A stretch of 63,988 bases of DNA, the filler included, from Octopus bimaculoides (Eukaryota): assembly GCF_001194135.2 (NCBI RefSeq). It is 6 parts of 6 records of this genome, joined end to end, with 100 filler letters (N's around TTAATTAATTAA, not from the genome) between each part and the next. Parts side by side here need not be neighbours in the genome. Positions count along the whole stretch, not along the records: positions 34,484 to 55,048 come from NC_068982.1; positions 55,149 to 57,807 come from NC_069008.1; positions 57,908 to 62,783 come from NC_068990.1; positions 62,884 to 63,988 come from NC_069010.1; 2 more parts are not named here. The stretch is one strand, 5' to 3'. Within the stretch, counting starts at the first letter, position 1. Every line of letters begins with the position of its first letter. The position numbers were made by a program, and so were the translations under genes. Positions 51,780 to 63,988 of the stretch are shown one piece after another. The notes below the pieces were generated by a model, which searched no databases, had not been told where the DNA came from, and saw only the letters and a program-made list of their open reading frames with translations.

Positions 51780-52233
51780 CAGAGCGCGCTCAGTAAATTG
51801 TCATTTAATTTACGCAAAAATTAAAATAACACTGATATCTCATTAGATATATTTACCAAAATTACATAAAAAATATCTTGAAATGCTAAAGAGTAAACTT
51901 ATACAATAAAATCGTCATTGACTTCAAACACGGTTTCCCGACAACTTCGAAATCTGCAAATTTTCAGGATAGTCTCGTTGTTGAAGTTGGTGAATGCTTC
52001 CATAGTTCTTGCCTTCAGTTCATCTTTGATGTTACAAGGTGTTTAGGTAGTCTCTCACTCAATTGTGCCCCACATATAATAATAAAGAATGTTGGAGTTT
52101 GCTGAGTTAGGTGACCAGATATTAGGGGTGATGCGGTCGCAGAAACTGACTGATAGCCACGATTGTATTCTCCTGCTTGTGTGGCATGGTGTAGATTCCT
52201 ATTGCCAGACATAGGGCCTTCCAGCAGTCATCC
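51780..52233 (-). mobile_element. Tc1/mariner (DD37D/maT-like) transposase C-terminus and right end
   Basis: RPYVWQ*ESTPCHTSRRIQSWLS..PNIWSPNS..YYYMWGTIE..KDELKARTMEAF; TA|CAGAGCGCGCTCAGTAAATTGTC terminus at 51780. Confidence 0.85.
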
Positions 52234-52375
52234 TTTTCTGTTGGACTTTACTGTGCCTCCCGTTTCTAAAGAAGAGCATTGCTAGAAATTTAAAACAACC
52301 TTTCTTTCCTTCCCTGAATGTCTCGCTAAAACGTTGCATGTACTACGTCCACGCGATGTTACTTTTTTCTTGCAT
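52234..52375 (+). mobile_element. Family H2 copy with an inactivated hammerhead
   Basis: GTTT-CTAAAGA-A-GAGC-ATT-GCTA-GAAA-TTTA-AAAC at 52262-52296; homologous to 10330-10465. Confidence 0.65.
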
Positions 52376-52417
52376 TCTTTTTTTGTTTTTGTTTTGGTGG
52401 GGATTAATTTCATACAA

Positions 52418-52822
52418 GAGTGCCTGTGTGGTAAATAGCTTGCTTACCAACCACATGGTTCCGGGTTCAGTGCCATTGCGTGGCACTTTGGGCAAGTGTC
52501 TTCTACTATAGTGTCGTGCCGACCAAAGACGTGTGAATGGATTTGGTAGACGGAAACTGAAGGAAGCCCATCGTATATGTATGTATATATATGTGTATGT
52601 GTGGGTATGTGTGTGTTTATACGTCTGTGTGTCAGCGTTTGTCCCCCCACCAGTTCTTGACAACAGACTGGCGTGTTTACGTCTCTGTAACTTAGCGGTT
52701 TGTCAAATGTTTCTGATAGAATAAGTACTAGACTTACAAAGAATAGGTACTGGGGTCGATTGGTTCGACTAAAGGCAGTGCTGCAGCATGGCCCCAGTTA
52801 AATGACTGAAACATAAGAAAGA
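52418..52822 (+). mobile_element. SINE family C (near full length)
   Basis: Head, CORE-like body, internal microsatellite and tail; 52454-52590 is repeated identically at 52833-52969 across a 10-N gap. Confidence 0.9.
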
Positions 52823-54167
52823 NNNNNNNNNNCATGGTTCCGGGTTCAGTGCCATTGCGTGGCACTTTGGGCAAGTGTCTTCTACTATAGTGTCGTGCCG
52901 ACCAAAGACGTGTGAATGGATTTGGTAGACGGAAACTGAAGGAAGCCCATCGTATATGTATGTATATATGTAATGAAAGATGAAACAAAGAACAGTGAAA
53001 GAGCATCCATTGGTTCAATGAAATCAAGATGAATATAATCAGTGAATAGAATAAACCTGTAAAGTGACAAGGTGAAATTTTGGCATAAAAATGTACAGCC
53101 TGTAAGAATCCATCTTCTATTCAATTCCGTTCTCACTTTTTTAATTTGTAATCTCAGTTCATGTTGTGAGAAATGATATACCATATCAAGGAAGCCATGT
53201 TTAGAAACTTGAAACGACAATATGCATCACTAAGAACTCATCCGTATTGAGTAACATTTTAATTTTCAATCTCTCTGTGTCTCTCTGCACACGCACGCAA
53301 ACAAATGCCACACACACACACACACACACATACACGCACACGCACACACAGAAGCACACGAACACATACACATAGGCACACACAGTCACACACACACAGC
53401 GGCAAACACGACATACACACACCACAACACCACCCATATCCATACACACGTCAGTTCTTTTATTAAAACCAGAAATACTTCATAAACATTTATACACAGT
53501 TTCACTTATCCGTTCGTGACACACTTGTGGTAATATAGAAAAATGGGATTTTATAAATTGTGGGCATAGTTACTATTTTGTAGATGCCAGTTTCGAAAAA
53601 AACAATCGCGCATAAATGGCTGCAAGTGGTAAGACCATAGCGGAGAAGTTACTGTAAAAAATTCCTTTACGTTATTACGTTTGTACTTATTTCCCCGTGC
53701 TCCCTTTACGTCTGTATTTTCTTTTGTTTCTTTTCTACTTCCCTTCCCTGTCTAACTTTTATTTCCTTTATTACTACATTTCTTTTTAGCTTTTTTTGAT
53801 ATCTTTATTAACGCAACTATAATTTTTAACCTTTTGTTGTATATATATATATATATATATNNNNNNNNNNNNNNNNNNNNNNNNNNNNNNNNNNNNNNNN
53901 NNNNNNNNNNNNNNNNNNNNNNNNNNNNNNNNNNNNNNNNNNNNNNNNNNNNNNNNNNNNNNNNNNNNNNNNNNNNNNNNNNNNNNNNNNNNNNNNNNNN
54001 NNNNNNNNNNNNNNNNNNNNNNNNNNNNNNNNNNNNNNNNNNNNNNNNNNNNNNNNNNNNNNNNNNNNNNNNNNNNNNNNNNNNNNNNNNNNNNNNNNNN
54101 NNNNNNNNNNNNNNNNNNNNNNNNNNNNNNNNNNNNNNNNNNNNNNNNNNNNNNNNNNNNNNNNNNN

Positions 54168-54203
<36 letters not shown>

Positions 54204-55017
54204 GTATGTATGCATGTGTATGTATATATGTATATGTATATATGCATATATAAATATACACACACGCTCACACACACACACACATATAATGACAATTTAA
54301 CCCACACTCCAACGTTTTTAACTTATATTCCGTTTCATAATTTGTAAGTTCGTTTTCTTTACAACATCTATTTTATTTTCTCTCCTGTTTACCTCTTATC
54401 AGAGAAAGGTTTTCAATTGAACTATCTAACATAGGATCAACGTCGGCAGAGTGAACTGGGGGTTTGGAAAAAAACACTGAAATATCAGAGAACCCTTAAA
54501 TCTCAAGACGTTTCTATTATCTTGAATTCCTTATTATCCGTTAGAAGGGAATTTGAATTATCAATACAATTATTTGTGCAGATATGACGTCCGTTTCGTC
54601 ATTATATCATTGTGAAAAAGCGGATAAAAATTTGAGATATTTTGTTTTTGAGACTATGCGTCTGTTTGTACATGTGCGAATAGCATCTGTGTGTGTGTGT
54701 GTGTGTGTGCATGTCTGCGTACGTATGTGTGTACATGTGTGTTTGTGACACGATTGCAGGGTTACAGGTAAACGCGAGCGTGTATTTGTCTATCTATCTA
54801 CTGCTTATCTTTATCAATAAAACATTACAGTGTGCTTCTAACTTAGCTTATTTTCGAATTCATAAAAAGTATTGTTGATAACATCGGTATTGTCTCAACC
54901 CTTTTCCTAATAAGTCAAACTGTGTAGATAGGTGTGTGTATGTGTGTATACATAGATACACATAGATACAAAGATACGCACACACACACACACACACACA
55001 TTTATATAAATAAATAA

Positions 55018-55048
<31 letters not shown>

Positions 55049-55148
55049 NNNNNNNNNNNNNNNNNNNNNNNNNNNNNNNNNNNNNNNNNNNNTTAATTAA
55101 TTAANNNNNNNNNNNNNNNNNNNNNNNNNNNNNNNNNNNNNNNNNNNN

Positions 55149-55486
55149 CGCAAGGACTGGTGCAGCTTTAGTACCCATCGCGATACCACATTTTTGGCGA
55201 AAGTATGTGTCTGCAAACAGGAAGTAATTGTTGGTCAGAATGAACTTAAGTGATTCTATAATGAAGGTTGTGTTGATGCGATTAGGAAATGTTTCTGGGT
55301 GTTTGTGCAGCCAGAATTTAATTGCCTCAATAGCATATTCATGAGGGATATTTGTATAAAGGTTGACCACGTCAAAAGAAACCAAGAGTGACTCCTCGTT
55401 TGTTGATTTCGGGAGGTGATTGAGCATGTCAAGATCATCTCTAATGAAACTTTTGATGTGACTTAGGAAAGGTTTCAAAAGAATGT

Positions 55487-55490
<4 letters not shown>
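55149..55490 (-). mobile_element. Penelope-like RT fragment, uninterrupted reading frame
   Basis: SFIRDDLDML..LLVSFDVVNLYTNIPH..NNYFLF..YFRQKCGIAMGTKAAP; 114 codons without a stop, cut by a gap. Confidence 0.92.
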
Positions 55491-55519
<29 letters not shown>

Positions 55520-56011
55520 TAACGGTTGTTACCGCCTTATCGTGGTTGTTCCTTACAGAACACTGTTACTACTCTTTTTAACTCCAGGAGGAGGACATCT
55601 CCAGCTGGTTAACGACACACTATCTGTGTCCATTATTTTGCGAACAAGGGAGTAAGCAACTCCCATCTAACGCTGACTGGAATATATATATTTATATGTA
55701 TGTATGTATGTATGTAATTCAGTTTTATTTCAAGGCTTCTTGCCAATAGGAAATGAGTCGATTTCTAACCTTAGACTCAAAACTCCTTCATTGGAATTTG
55801 AATGGCGTCAATAGAGCATTTGTGTAAGCAGGTATGTATATGTGCAGTATTTGGAGTCAATGCGTGTGCAGATTTGTATGTTTTGCTTTATGTATGTATA
55901 CGCGTGCATACAGTTGCGCGTCTAGAGATGCATATATATACTTAAAGGACAAACATCTGGAAAATTTTACAGATTTTTAGATCTAGCGATGGCTTGGATC
56001 TGTAGACTTCG

Positions 56012-56195
56012 AATCAGCTGACGGAATCGTTAACATGAGTAAAATGCTTAGCGGCATTTTGTTCGTCGTTACGTGCTGTCCTGAATTTTTTCCGAGGTCG
56101 AGAAAATAAGTACCAGTCGAATATTGGGGTCGATGTAATCGACTTACCCCTCCCCCGAAATTACTGAACTTATGCCAGAATTTGAAACCAATATT
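56012..56195 (+). mobile_element. SINE family A (internally deleted)
   Basis: Head GGAATCGTTAAC and tail GGGGTCGATGTAATCGACTTACCCC..TTTGAAACCAATATT. Confidence 0.8.
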
Positions 56196-56619
56196 ACCCC
56201 CATCCCCACCTCCAATTGTACATTGCTGATAATTTAACTTTAAATATTTTCTACATTCTTAGAATCAGATTGTTGATAGTTGTATAGAATCAGTTTAATT
56301 GCTAGAGTAATTTTCAGAAATTCTGTGTCTGAGGAACAGGGAGAGTAACCGTTTAAGAAGCTGACTTATAAATTGCGTAATGAACGATCCCCTTTAGTCA
56401 CGAATGAACATGGGGTTGTACCTAGAAAATTCCCCTCCGAGGCACAAATCTGGGCATGATTGTTTGTAGAAGACCAGCAGTCACCCACGCTTATTCTACT
56501 GTTGCTTCAATCGCCTGTTTTTTTTAAAAAGGAATTCCACCAGCACCGCAACACCAATATCGCCATCACCGTAACCAACATCGTCACCCACAGCACTATT
56601 ACTAACAATGCCATTATCT

Positions 56620-57280
56620 CCTCCCACCACCACCACACACCACCCTACTGCACCACCACCACCCTACTGCACCACCACCACCCTACTGCACCACCACCAC
56701 CACCACCACTATTATCGCCACCAACAATATTAGCACTCCCACTTTAACCACCACCATCACCACCACCACCACTATCACCACCACCACCAGCACCATCACC
56801 ACCACCACCACTATCACCACNNNNNNNNNNNNNNNNNNNNNNNNNNNNNNNNNNNNNNNNNNNNNNNNNNNNNNNNNNNNNNNNNNNNNNNNNNNNNNNN
56901 NNNNNNNNNNNNNNNNNNNNNNNNNNNNNNNNNNNNNNNNNNNNNNNNNNNNNNNNNNNNNNNNNNNNNNNNNNNNNNNNNNNNNNNNNNNNNNNNNNNN
57001 NNNNNNNNNNNNNNNNNNNNNNNNNNNNNNNNNNNNNNNNNNNNNNNNNNNNNNNNNNNNNNNNNNNNNNNNNNNNNNNNNNNNNNNNNNNNNNNNNNNN
57101 NNNNNNNNNNNNNNNNNNNNNNNNNNNNNNNNNNNNNNNNNNNNNNNNNNNNNNNNNNNNNNNNNNNNNNNNNNNNNNNNNNNNNNNNNNNNNNNNNNNN
57201 NNNNNNNNNNNNNNNNNNNNNNNNNNNNNNNNNNNNNNNNNNNNNNNNNNNNNNNACAACAACAACAACAACAACAACAA
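56620..57280. repeat. (CAC)n-rich and (CAA)n trinucleotide tracts around a gap
   Basis: Direct reading. Confidence 0.95.
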
Positions 57281-57451
57281 GGATAGTACATTTTCCCACT
57301 CTGCAGTTAAATGTACAAAACAATTATTCCCTTCCAGCCCGCGTAAATGCAAGGCATAGAAACAATGTGCGGGTGTGTGTATACATGTAATATGTATGTG
57401 TATATTGATATCTCTATATAGATATGTGTGTGTGTGTGTGTGTGTTTTATC

Positions 57452-57670
57452 TATTACCTTTTACTTGTTTCAGTCATTGGACAACTGCCATGCTGGAGCA
57501 CTGACTTGAATTTTTGGCCGAATGAATCGACCCCAGTACTTCTCTTCTTTTTTTTTTTTTTAAAGCCTGGTACTTATTCTATCGGAGTCTTTTGCCGAGC
57601 CGCTAAGTTACAGGGACGCAAACTCACCGACACCAGTTGTCAAGCAGCGATGGGAGGACAAACATACAAA
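57452..57670 (-). mobile_element. SINE family C, 3' half
   Basis: CTTTTACTTGTTTCAGTCATT..GCCATGCTGGAGCAC..GGTACTTATTCTATCG is the reverse complement of the family C tail. Confidence 0.85.
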
Positions 57671-57907
57671 CAGACACACACACACAGACACACAGACACA
57701 CGCACACACATACACACACACACAAACACACACACACACGCACACACACACGCGCGCACGCACACACACACACACGCGCACGCACACACACACACACACA
57801 TACACACNNNNNNNNNNNNNNNNNNNNNNNNNNNNNNNNNNNNNNNNNNNNTTAATTAATTAANNNNNNNNNNNNNNNNNNNNNNNNNNNNNNNNNNNNN
57901 NNNNNNN

Positions 57908-59140
57908 CTAACAACTTGATACCTCTGTAATTATTTGTATCTAAAGCGTCACCTTTACCTTTGTAGTAGTTGACTATGGTGCTGCTACACCAGTCATTGG
58001 GTATGACTCCTTCGTGTATCACCTGGTTAACAATACGGGTGACTAGGCTATAGCCGACACTGCCAGATATTTTGAGCATCTCTGCAGTGATTCCTGATGG
58101 GCCAGGGGCCTTCCCTGTCTTCATGCTCTTAATTGCTTTATCTACCACGGTACTGTCAACTTGGATAGTTGGTCCCTCTGTTGGGTCGACATTCGGCAGA
58201 CTCACTTTCTCCCATTCATTCTCTTTATTAAGCAATGTATCGTAGTGGCGTCTCCAAACCTCTTTATTTGCAGCCTCTTTTAGTGCAAGCGTACCATCAT
58301 CCATGCGAACACATTTCTCTCCCATGACATCACGATTCTCTCTCACACACAGTCTTGCAACACAAAATACTTCAAATCTTTGGTCCTCACAGCAGAGAAC
58401 ATTGGCAAATTTTTTCATATCTGCTTCCCCTCTGGCTAAATAAACCTGTCCCTTAGCTTCCCTTCTGGCAGTCTGATATAATTCCCTGCTACCACCATTC
58501 TTCCAGTCCTTCTAAGCCTGTTTCTTTTGTCTAATAGCCCTGTCAACATTTTTGTTCCANNNNNNNNNNTCTACATCCCCCTCTATATCGTCAAAGGCTT
58601 CAAGTAATAAGTCTCTAAATCTCTGTCCATTCGCAGGATCTTTAAGCTTCCAGACCCTTCTCCTCCACGCTGGTCGTCTTCTGGGCAACCACTTAGCCCT
58701 GATCCTGAAGTCACTAACTACTAGTCTATGTTGTGGGGTGCATTCTTCGCCTGGGAAGGTTTCGGCATTTATAAGCAGACATCTTTCCCTTTTCCTGGCG
58801 AGAATGTAGTCAATTTGGCTAGTGTGCCTGCCAGAACGGTAGGTGACTAGGTGACTGGCATGTTTCCTGAACTTAGTATTGCAGACCATAAGGTCATTTG
58901 CATCACAAAACTCCAGCAGCCTGGTTCCCTCCTCATTGTGGGAACCAAAACCATAGCCTCCGTGTACGCCATAGAAGCCCCCTGAATGTCGTCCAACATG
59001 ACCATTGAAGTCACCAGCCACAAAGAGAAGGTCCCTGTCATTCGTTGACGAGGTAGTCTGCAGGAGGGTGTCATAAAATTCGTCTTTCTGTCCGTCGGGT
59101 AGCCCGGACTGAGGGGCATAGGCCATGATAGCTGTCCCAT
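57908..59140 (-). mobile_element. Relatively young RTE-clade LINE: APE endonuclease to RT N-terminus
   Basis: AYAPQ, AGDFNGHVG, SQIDYIL, QHRLVV, MKTGKAPGPSGI and NYRGIKLL; one TAG in KKQA*KDWK; 5'-truncated. Confidence 0.95.
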
Positions 59141-59419
59141 CAACACACATACCACACCACATCACACAGTACAATCACTACATTGATGAGCTCTTAGATG
59201 ATTTTTAAGACCACCTGTTGTCTGACAGGGTTTAAAACACAAGTGACAGATATTATTCAAGTTTCTTCTATATCTCTGCCCTTTGGAATCTAATTCTGAA
59301 GGAGTGTTTTTTGTGAACTAGCATATGTCTGTTAAATCAAGATATTGTCTTACAAGTTTTGTGACATATGTGGTTCACATATCCTGCTTTTGGCAACAGA
59401 ACATGTTCACATATAATAC

Positions 59420-62400
59420 ATATTCAGTGTTCACTGTTGATTACAGTTCCAATTGTTCCTTTGCGACAGGTCCTTTTAAGTTCAGAATGCTGAACATATT
59501 TTCTTCCCAGGCATTGCAACCAGTCCTAACAGCACCTCTCCACTTGTTCTGATCTAGAACATCATTTTCCCAATCATTTTTGCTCATATCTAGTTTCTTC
59601 AGGTTTTCCTTCACACAGTCTTTATACCTTTTCTTCGGCTTATGTTGTGGTTGCTTACCAGAGTTGAGTTCACCATAAAAAAGACTCTTTGGCAAATGCT
59701 CATCTTTCATTCTAATAACATGTCCAGTCCATCTCATTTGAGCCAAGATAACATGTTGTTCAACTGAGGAGCAACGTGCCATGCACAAAACCTCCGTATC
59801 TGGTATGAAACATTCCCACTTGACTCCTAAGATATGTCTGAGGCACTTTTGATGAAATCTCTCCAGCATTTTTATGTGACACTTGTAAGTGGTCCATGTC
59901 TCACTTGAATAAAGAAGTGCAGACAATACACACACTTTATATACACTGATTTTTGTCTGCAGGAAAATACCTCTATCCGCCCATACTCACTTTTCGAGCT
60001 TTCTAAATGCAACACTTCCCTTCCCTATTTGATAGTATATATCTGCATCAAGACTACCATCTCTTGACACTGTGCTTCCTCGTTAAACAAAGGTATCAAC
60101 GGCTTCTAACCTTGTTCTATTCACAAAAATGTTTGGTTCAGAATGTTTGTCCTGGCACGGGAGTAAACATTACATTGGTTTTCCCCAAACTAATTGTGTG
60201 TCCGAAGTGTACACATACAGTGGAAAATCTGTCCATTAAATGTTGCATATTCCCTCAGAGTATGCCAACAAATTAGCATCATCAGCATAAAGTAATTCTC
60301 TAACAAGTATTTTGAAAGTCTTTGCTCTGCAGTTAAACCGGGTCAAATTAAAAATATGACAAGATGTCCAAAATCTGATTCCAATTCCCCTGTTGCAGTC
60401 CTTGAAAGCATACCAAAGTAATGCAGTAAAATAAATAGAGAAAAGTGTAGGGGCAGGAATATCACCCTGTTTGACACCATTGTCCACCGAAAATTCACGA
60501 GATTGCTCACTATTAAAGACTACCTGAGCTTTCATGTTTCTTTGTAGTTCTTTAAAAATGCTCACAAAATGTGTTGGACAACCAAGTTTACACAAAACAA
60601 TCCACAGTGCCTCCCTGTTTACTGTGTCAAATGCCTTAGTTAAATCTATGAAGACCTGGTATAGTGGCATTTGTTCCTCTAAGCATTTCTCTTGAACCTG
60701 CCTCACATAAAATACCATGTTCATTGTTCCTCGCTCATGTCTGAAATCACACTGTTCTTCAGGAATCACATGTGGATACATTCTCAACAAGACAATCTAA
60801 CATGATCCTTGAAAGTATCTTCCCGGTATGTTCCAGAAAAGTTATCCCTTTAGAATTACCACACACTGCTTTCAGGCCCTTACCCTTGTATACAGAGATT
60901 AGAATGCCCTTTATCCATTCTTGTGGCACAGAAGATTCATTCCAAACTCGAGTTATCAGGTTATGAATTTCAGATGCAATATGATCCCCACCTGCTTTCA
61001 GAAATTCAACTGGAATACCATCCAATCCAGGAGCTTTACCTGATCTCAGTTTACATAATGTCAGATTTACTTCTTCAATGGAAGGTGTATCATCCATGTG
61101 TTGCATTATCTCTCTTTTCAGAATGTTGTTTATGGTATCCGTGTTCACAACAGATGGACTGCGGAAAAGATCTGCAAAGTGTTCTCTCCATCTATTCCTT
61201 ATTCCAGGAGGATCTTTAATAACCTCATTTCCTCATTTCCATCTTTTGACTTCATGGGAACATATGATGATGAAGATTGTGGTCCAAAAGCTTGCTGCAA
61301 TAAACTATAGAAACTCTTTCCAGTCATAGGCTGCCTGTACTTGCTCAAATTTCTCCACCAAGTGTCTTTAAGCCTCCTGAATTCTTTTTTGCAAGTCTGT
61401 TTTCTGAGCCTTGTACAACTTTTCTAGTTGCACTTTGTTCTTAACATTTGGGTTAAGAAGCTTTTTTTATGAGTGGACCACTTTGTTGCTGAAAGCTGTA
61501 TCATTGTACCATTAGAATTAAACCAGTCTTGGTGCTGTCTCTTCTTAAAACCTAACACCTCTAATCCCGTTTTATATATTCCATCACAGGAAGATTGCCA
61601 TGAACCTTCAAAATGAACACCGCTGCATCTCTTCTGAAACAACTACAAAACTTGTGGTTGTTTTAGCTGCTCTACATCAATTTTCTTTGGTACTCGTACA
61701 CCTGCACTACAAATCTTCTTAGGAATCCTGAACTTGAACTTGGCCCTAACCATTTTGTGATCAGTATCACAATCAGCACTTTGCAATACTCTGAGACTGC
61801 ACAAATCTTGTAAGTCAACTTTTCGGTCAATCATGTGACCCCACTTTGATCTTGGGTGAATCCAGGTAACTTTGTTTCATCTTATGATGAAAAAAAGTAT
61901 TCCTAACAATCAACCCTAGCTCAGAGCACATTTGTAGCAGATGCAACCTATTGTTGTTCACCATTTCTATTCCATAACGCCCAAGTACATTCCAAGAACC
62001 ATAGTCTCTACCAACACGTACATTAAAGTTACCAAGCACAACCAACTTCTTATTCAAAGGTAATGACAGAATACTTCTTCTAAGCTCCTCATAAAATGCT
62101 TGGACATTTTCCTCACTAGCTGAAAGTGTAGGAGTGTAAATAGAGAAAATAGTTACAAAACATCCACAAGAAAGAGGGATGCTGAGTTTCATTATGCATG
62201 TATTTATGCTTTGTGGTTGTTCTAGGTCTTTTAGCAAATCACTTCTAATTGCAAACCCAACACCACCTTCCCTTTTCTCTCTCTTTGGCTTCCCAACCCA
62301 GAATAATGTGAAACCTGCCGCTCTTTCAACATGATCTTCATCTGAACATCTTGTTTCAGAAAGAGCTGCAATATCAACATTAAGACACCTTAGCTCCTTA

Positions 62401-62500
62401 GTTACTAGAGTTGTTCTTCTTTCAGGCCTATCTGCTTGATCTAAATGAGTTCTCACATTCCAACAGGCCAGGTTAAGAGAAACTTAATTCCTTGCATACT
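59420..62500 (-). mobile_element. Near full-length but decayed RTE/BovB-like LINE ORF
   Basis: LNLACWNVRT..RPERRT..DIAALSETR, DCDTDH, GKAPGLDGIP, FIDLTKAFDTVNR, GVKQG, LLYADD and QMRWTGHV; many frameshifts. Confidence 0.95.
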
Positions 62501-62532
62501 TGTTATCATTGTTTATATCAATTCTTTGTTCA

Positions 62533-62783
62533 TCTATACTATATATAAAATAGAGATGTGTGTGTAATCGCTTATCACGTGAAAACGGCTTTACCATTTA
62601 CTTCCATACTTGTAATACATGAATAATTTGACCTTGGATAAATCTTAGGCTCTTCATTTGATTTTTTTTTTTATCTCTAATTAAAAATAAATAATATTGC
62701 TTTATATTTAAGATTCACTTCTTTAAAAAGGTTTCTCAATGTCAACTTCTGGTACGGACGTTAAAAAACGGTGACGTCTCTCA
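62533..62783 (+). mobile_element. Helitron-like 5' end
   Basis: A|TCTATACTATATATAAAA followed by GTGTGTGT, typical of non-autonomous Helitron starts; 3' end lost in a gap. Confidence 0.5.
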
Positions 62784-62883
62784 NNNNNNNNNNNNNNNNN
62801 NNNNNNNNNNNNNNNNNNNNNNNNNNNTTAATTAATTAANNNNNNNNNNNNNNNNNNNNNNNNNNNNNNNNNNNNNNNNNNNN

Positions 62884-62914
<31 letters not shown>

Positions 62915-62930
62915 ATTGTATCATTTGTAT

Positions 62931-62963
<33 letters not shown>

Positions 62964-63218
62964 GTATGTATAGACATGTATACAAACAATATATGTTTAT
63001 TTATAACTCCATATGTGTTTTACATATATATGTGTGTGTGTGTGTGTGTGAGTGTGTGTATGGTTGTATGTATAGTATATCTGTGTATAGACAGATGTAT
63101 ACATGCAAATTTATATAACAGCATGTGTGTGTGTGTGTGTGTGTGTTATAGTACATCCGGGGACACTAGACACCACCAATCTTCAACTTCCTGTCTTCAC
63201 TGCAGAGGTTTCACTTAC

Positions 63219-63248
63219 TTTTGACATTCAAAGCTCAAACAAAGCCTT
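63219..63248 (-). CDS. Candidate 30-nt micro-exon (phase 2-2, RLCLSFECQ)
   Basis: Pyrimidine tract plus CAG acceptor and AAA|GTAAGT donor; one open frame. Confidence 0.25.
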
Positions 63249-63406
63249 CTGGGACGTACAGACAAAGAACAGTTGAGCAAAGAAATAAATGGCTTGTAAT
63301 GTTCACACCAGTGGGGAGGGACTCTTGTGAAACCCCCTTATAGATATATGTACATATATAAATATATATGTATATATATGTGCGTGTGAGTGTGTGTATA
63401 TATGCA

Positions 63407-63439
<33 letters not shown>

Positions 63440-63449
63440 NNNNNNNNNN

Positions 63450-63610
63450 GGTGGTGGTGGTGGTGGTGTTGGCCGTCATGGTGGTGGCAGTGACAGTGAT
63501 GGTAGTGTAGTGGTGGTGATTCGTGGTGGTAGTGATGGCAATAATGATGATGATGATGATGATGATGATGATGGTTGTTGGGGTGGTGGTCGTGGTGGTC
63601 GTGGTGATGT
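63450..63610. repeat. (GGT)n/(GAT)n tract
   Basis: Direct reading. Confidence 0.95.
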
Positions 63611-63783
63611 TGGCAGTGGTGAATGTGTTGATGGGGTTGATATTTTCAAACTACTTCCAGCTCCAGCCTGACTCTGTCTTCCCCATATCATGCTTTCACT
63701 ATCCAATGTAACGTTCAGCACACATGTACATGAATTTGTCAGTATGCAATGCGTATATGTATGTGTCTATATATGTGTGTGTC

Positions 63784-63823
<40 letters not shown>

Positions 63824-63988
63824 CATATGTATATATGTATGTATGTCCATATCCAACCTAAGCTATCGTACAGAACAGACGGTGATAAGGAGTATGTATA
63901 CATATATACATGTGTTTATATATCTTGATGCATGGATATATACGCATATATATCCACATCTATATATTCATATATATATATATATATA

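Noticed and set aside
52454-52969. Identical 137-bp SINE segment repeated
   Set aside because: Flanks a 10-N gap; likely a haplotype or overlap artefact.
1-63988. CRISPR arrays, rRNA, operons or prokaryotic defence systems
   Set aside because: No repeat-spacer arrays, rRNA-like sequence or dense coding; the DNA is repeat-rich and eukaryotic.

Overview
AT-rich eukaryotic genomic DNA from a gappy draft assembly. The SINE families and microsatellite load suggest an octopus (inference; possibly Octopus bimaculoides). I cannot confidently identify any host protein-coding gene. Nearly all ORFs in the supplied track are microsatellite or N-gap artefacts, or retroelement fragments. The window is a layered transposon graveyard: RTE-clade LINEs (one near full-length but decayed), an L1/Tx1-clade LINE, RLE-endonuclease (R4/Dong-like) LINEs, Penelope-like RT fragments, many tRNA-derived SINEs, Tc1/mariner, hAT-like MITEs, a Helitron-like end and a possible solo LTR. 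The strongest signal found by reading the sequence is a set of seven type I hammerhead ribozyme (HHR) motifs, four with an intact CUGANGA core and GAAA and three mutated, in at least four unrelated small non-coding repeats. One is a tRNA-headed SINE-like element carrying an HHR, inserted as a Penelope-style inverted structure (179-bp arms, 14-bp TSD). Another is a highly structured ~290-nt retrozyme-like element. Also notable are a ~95-bp-arm palindrome with mirrored octamer motifs, a ~500-bp duplication with an identity gradient, and a few weak candidate exons. All folds and alignments were done by eye and need computational confirmation.
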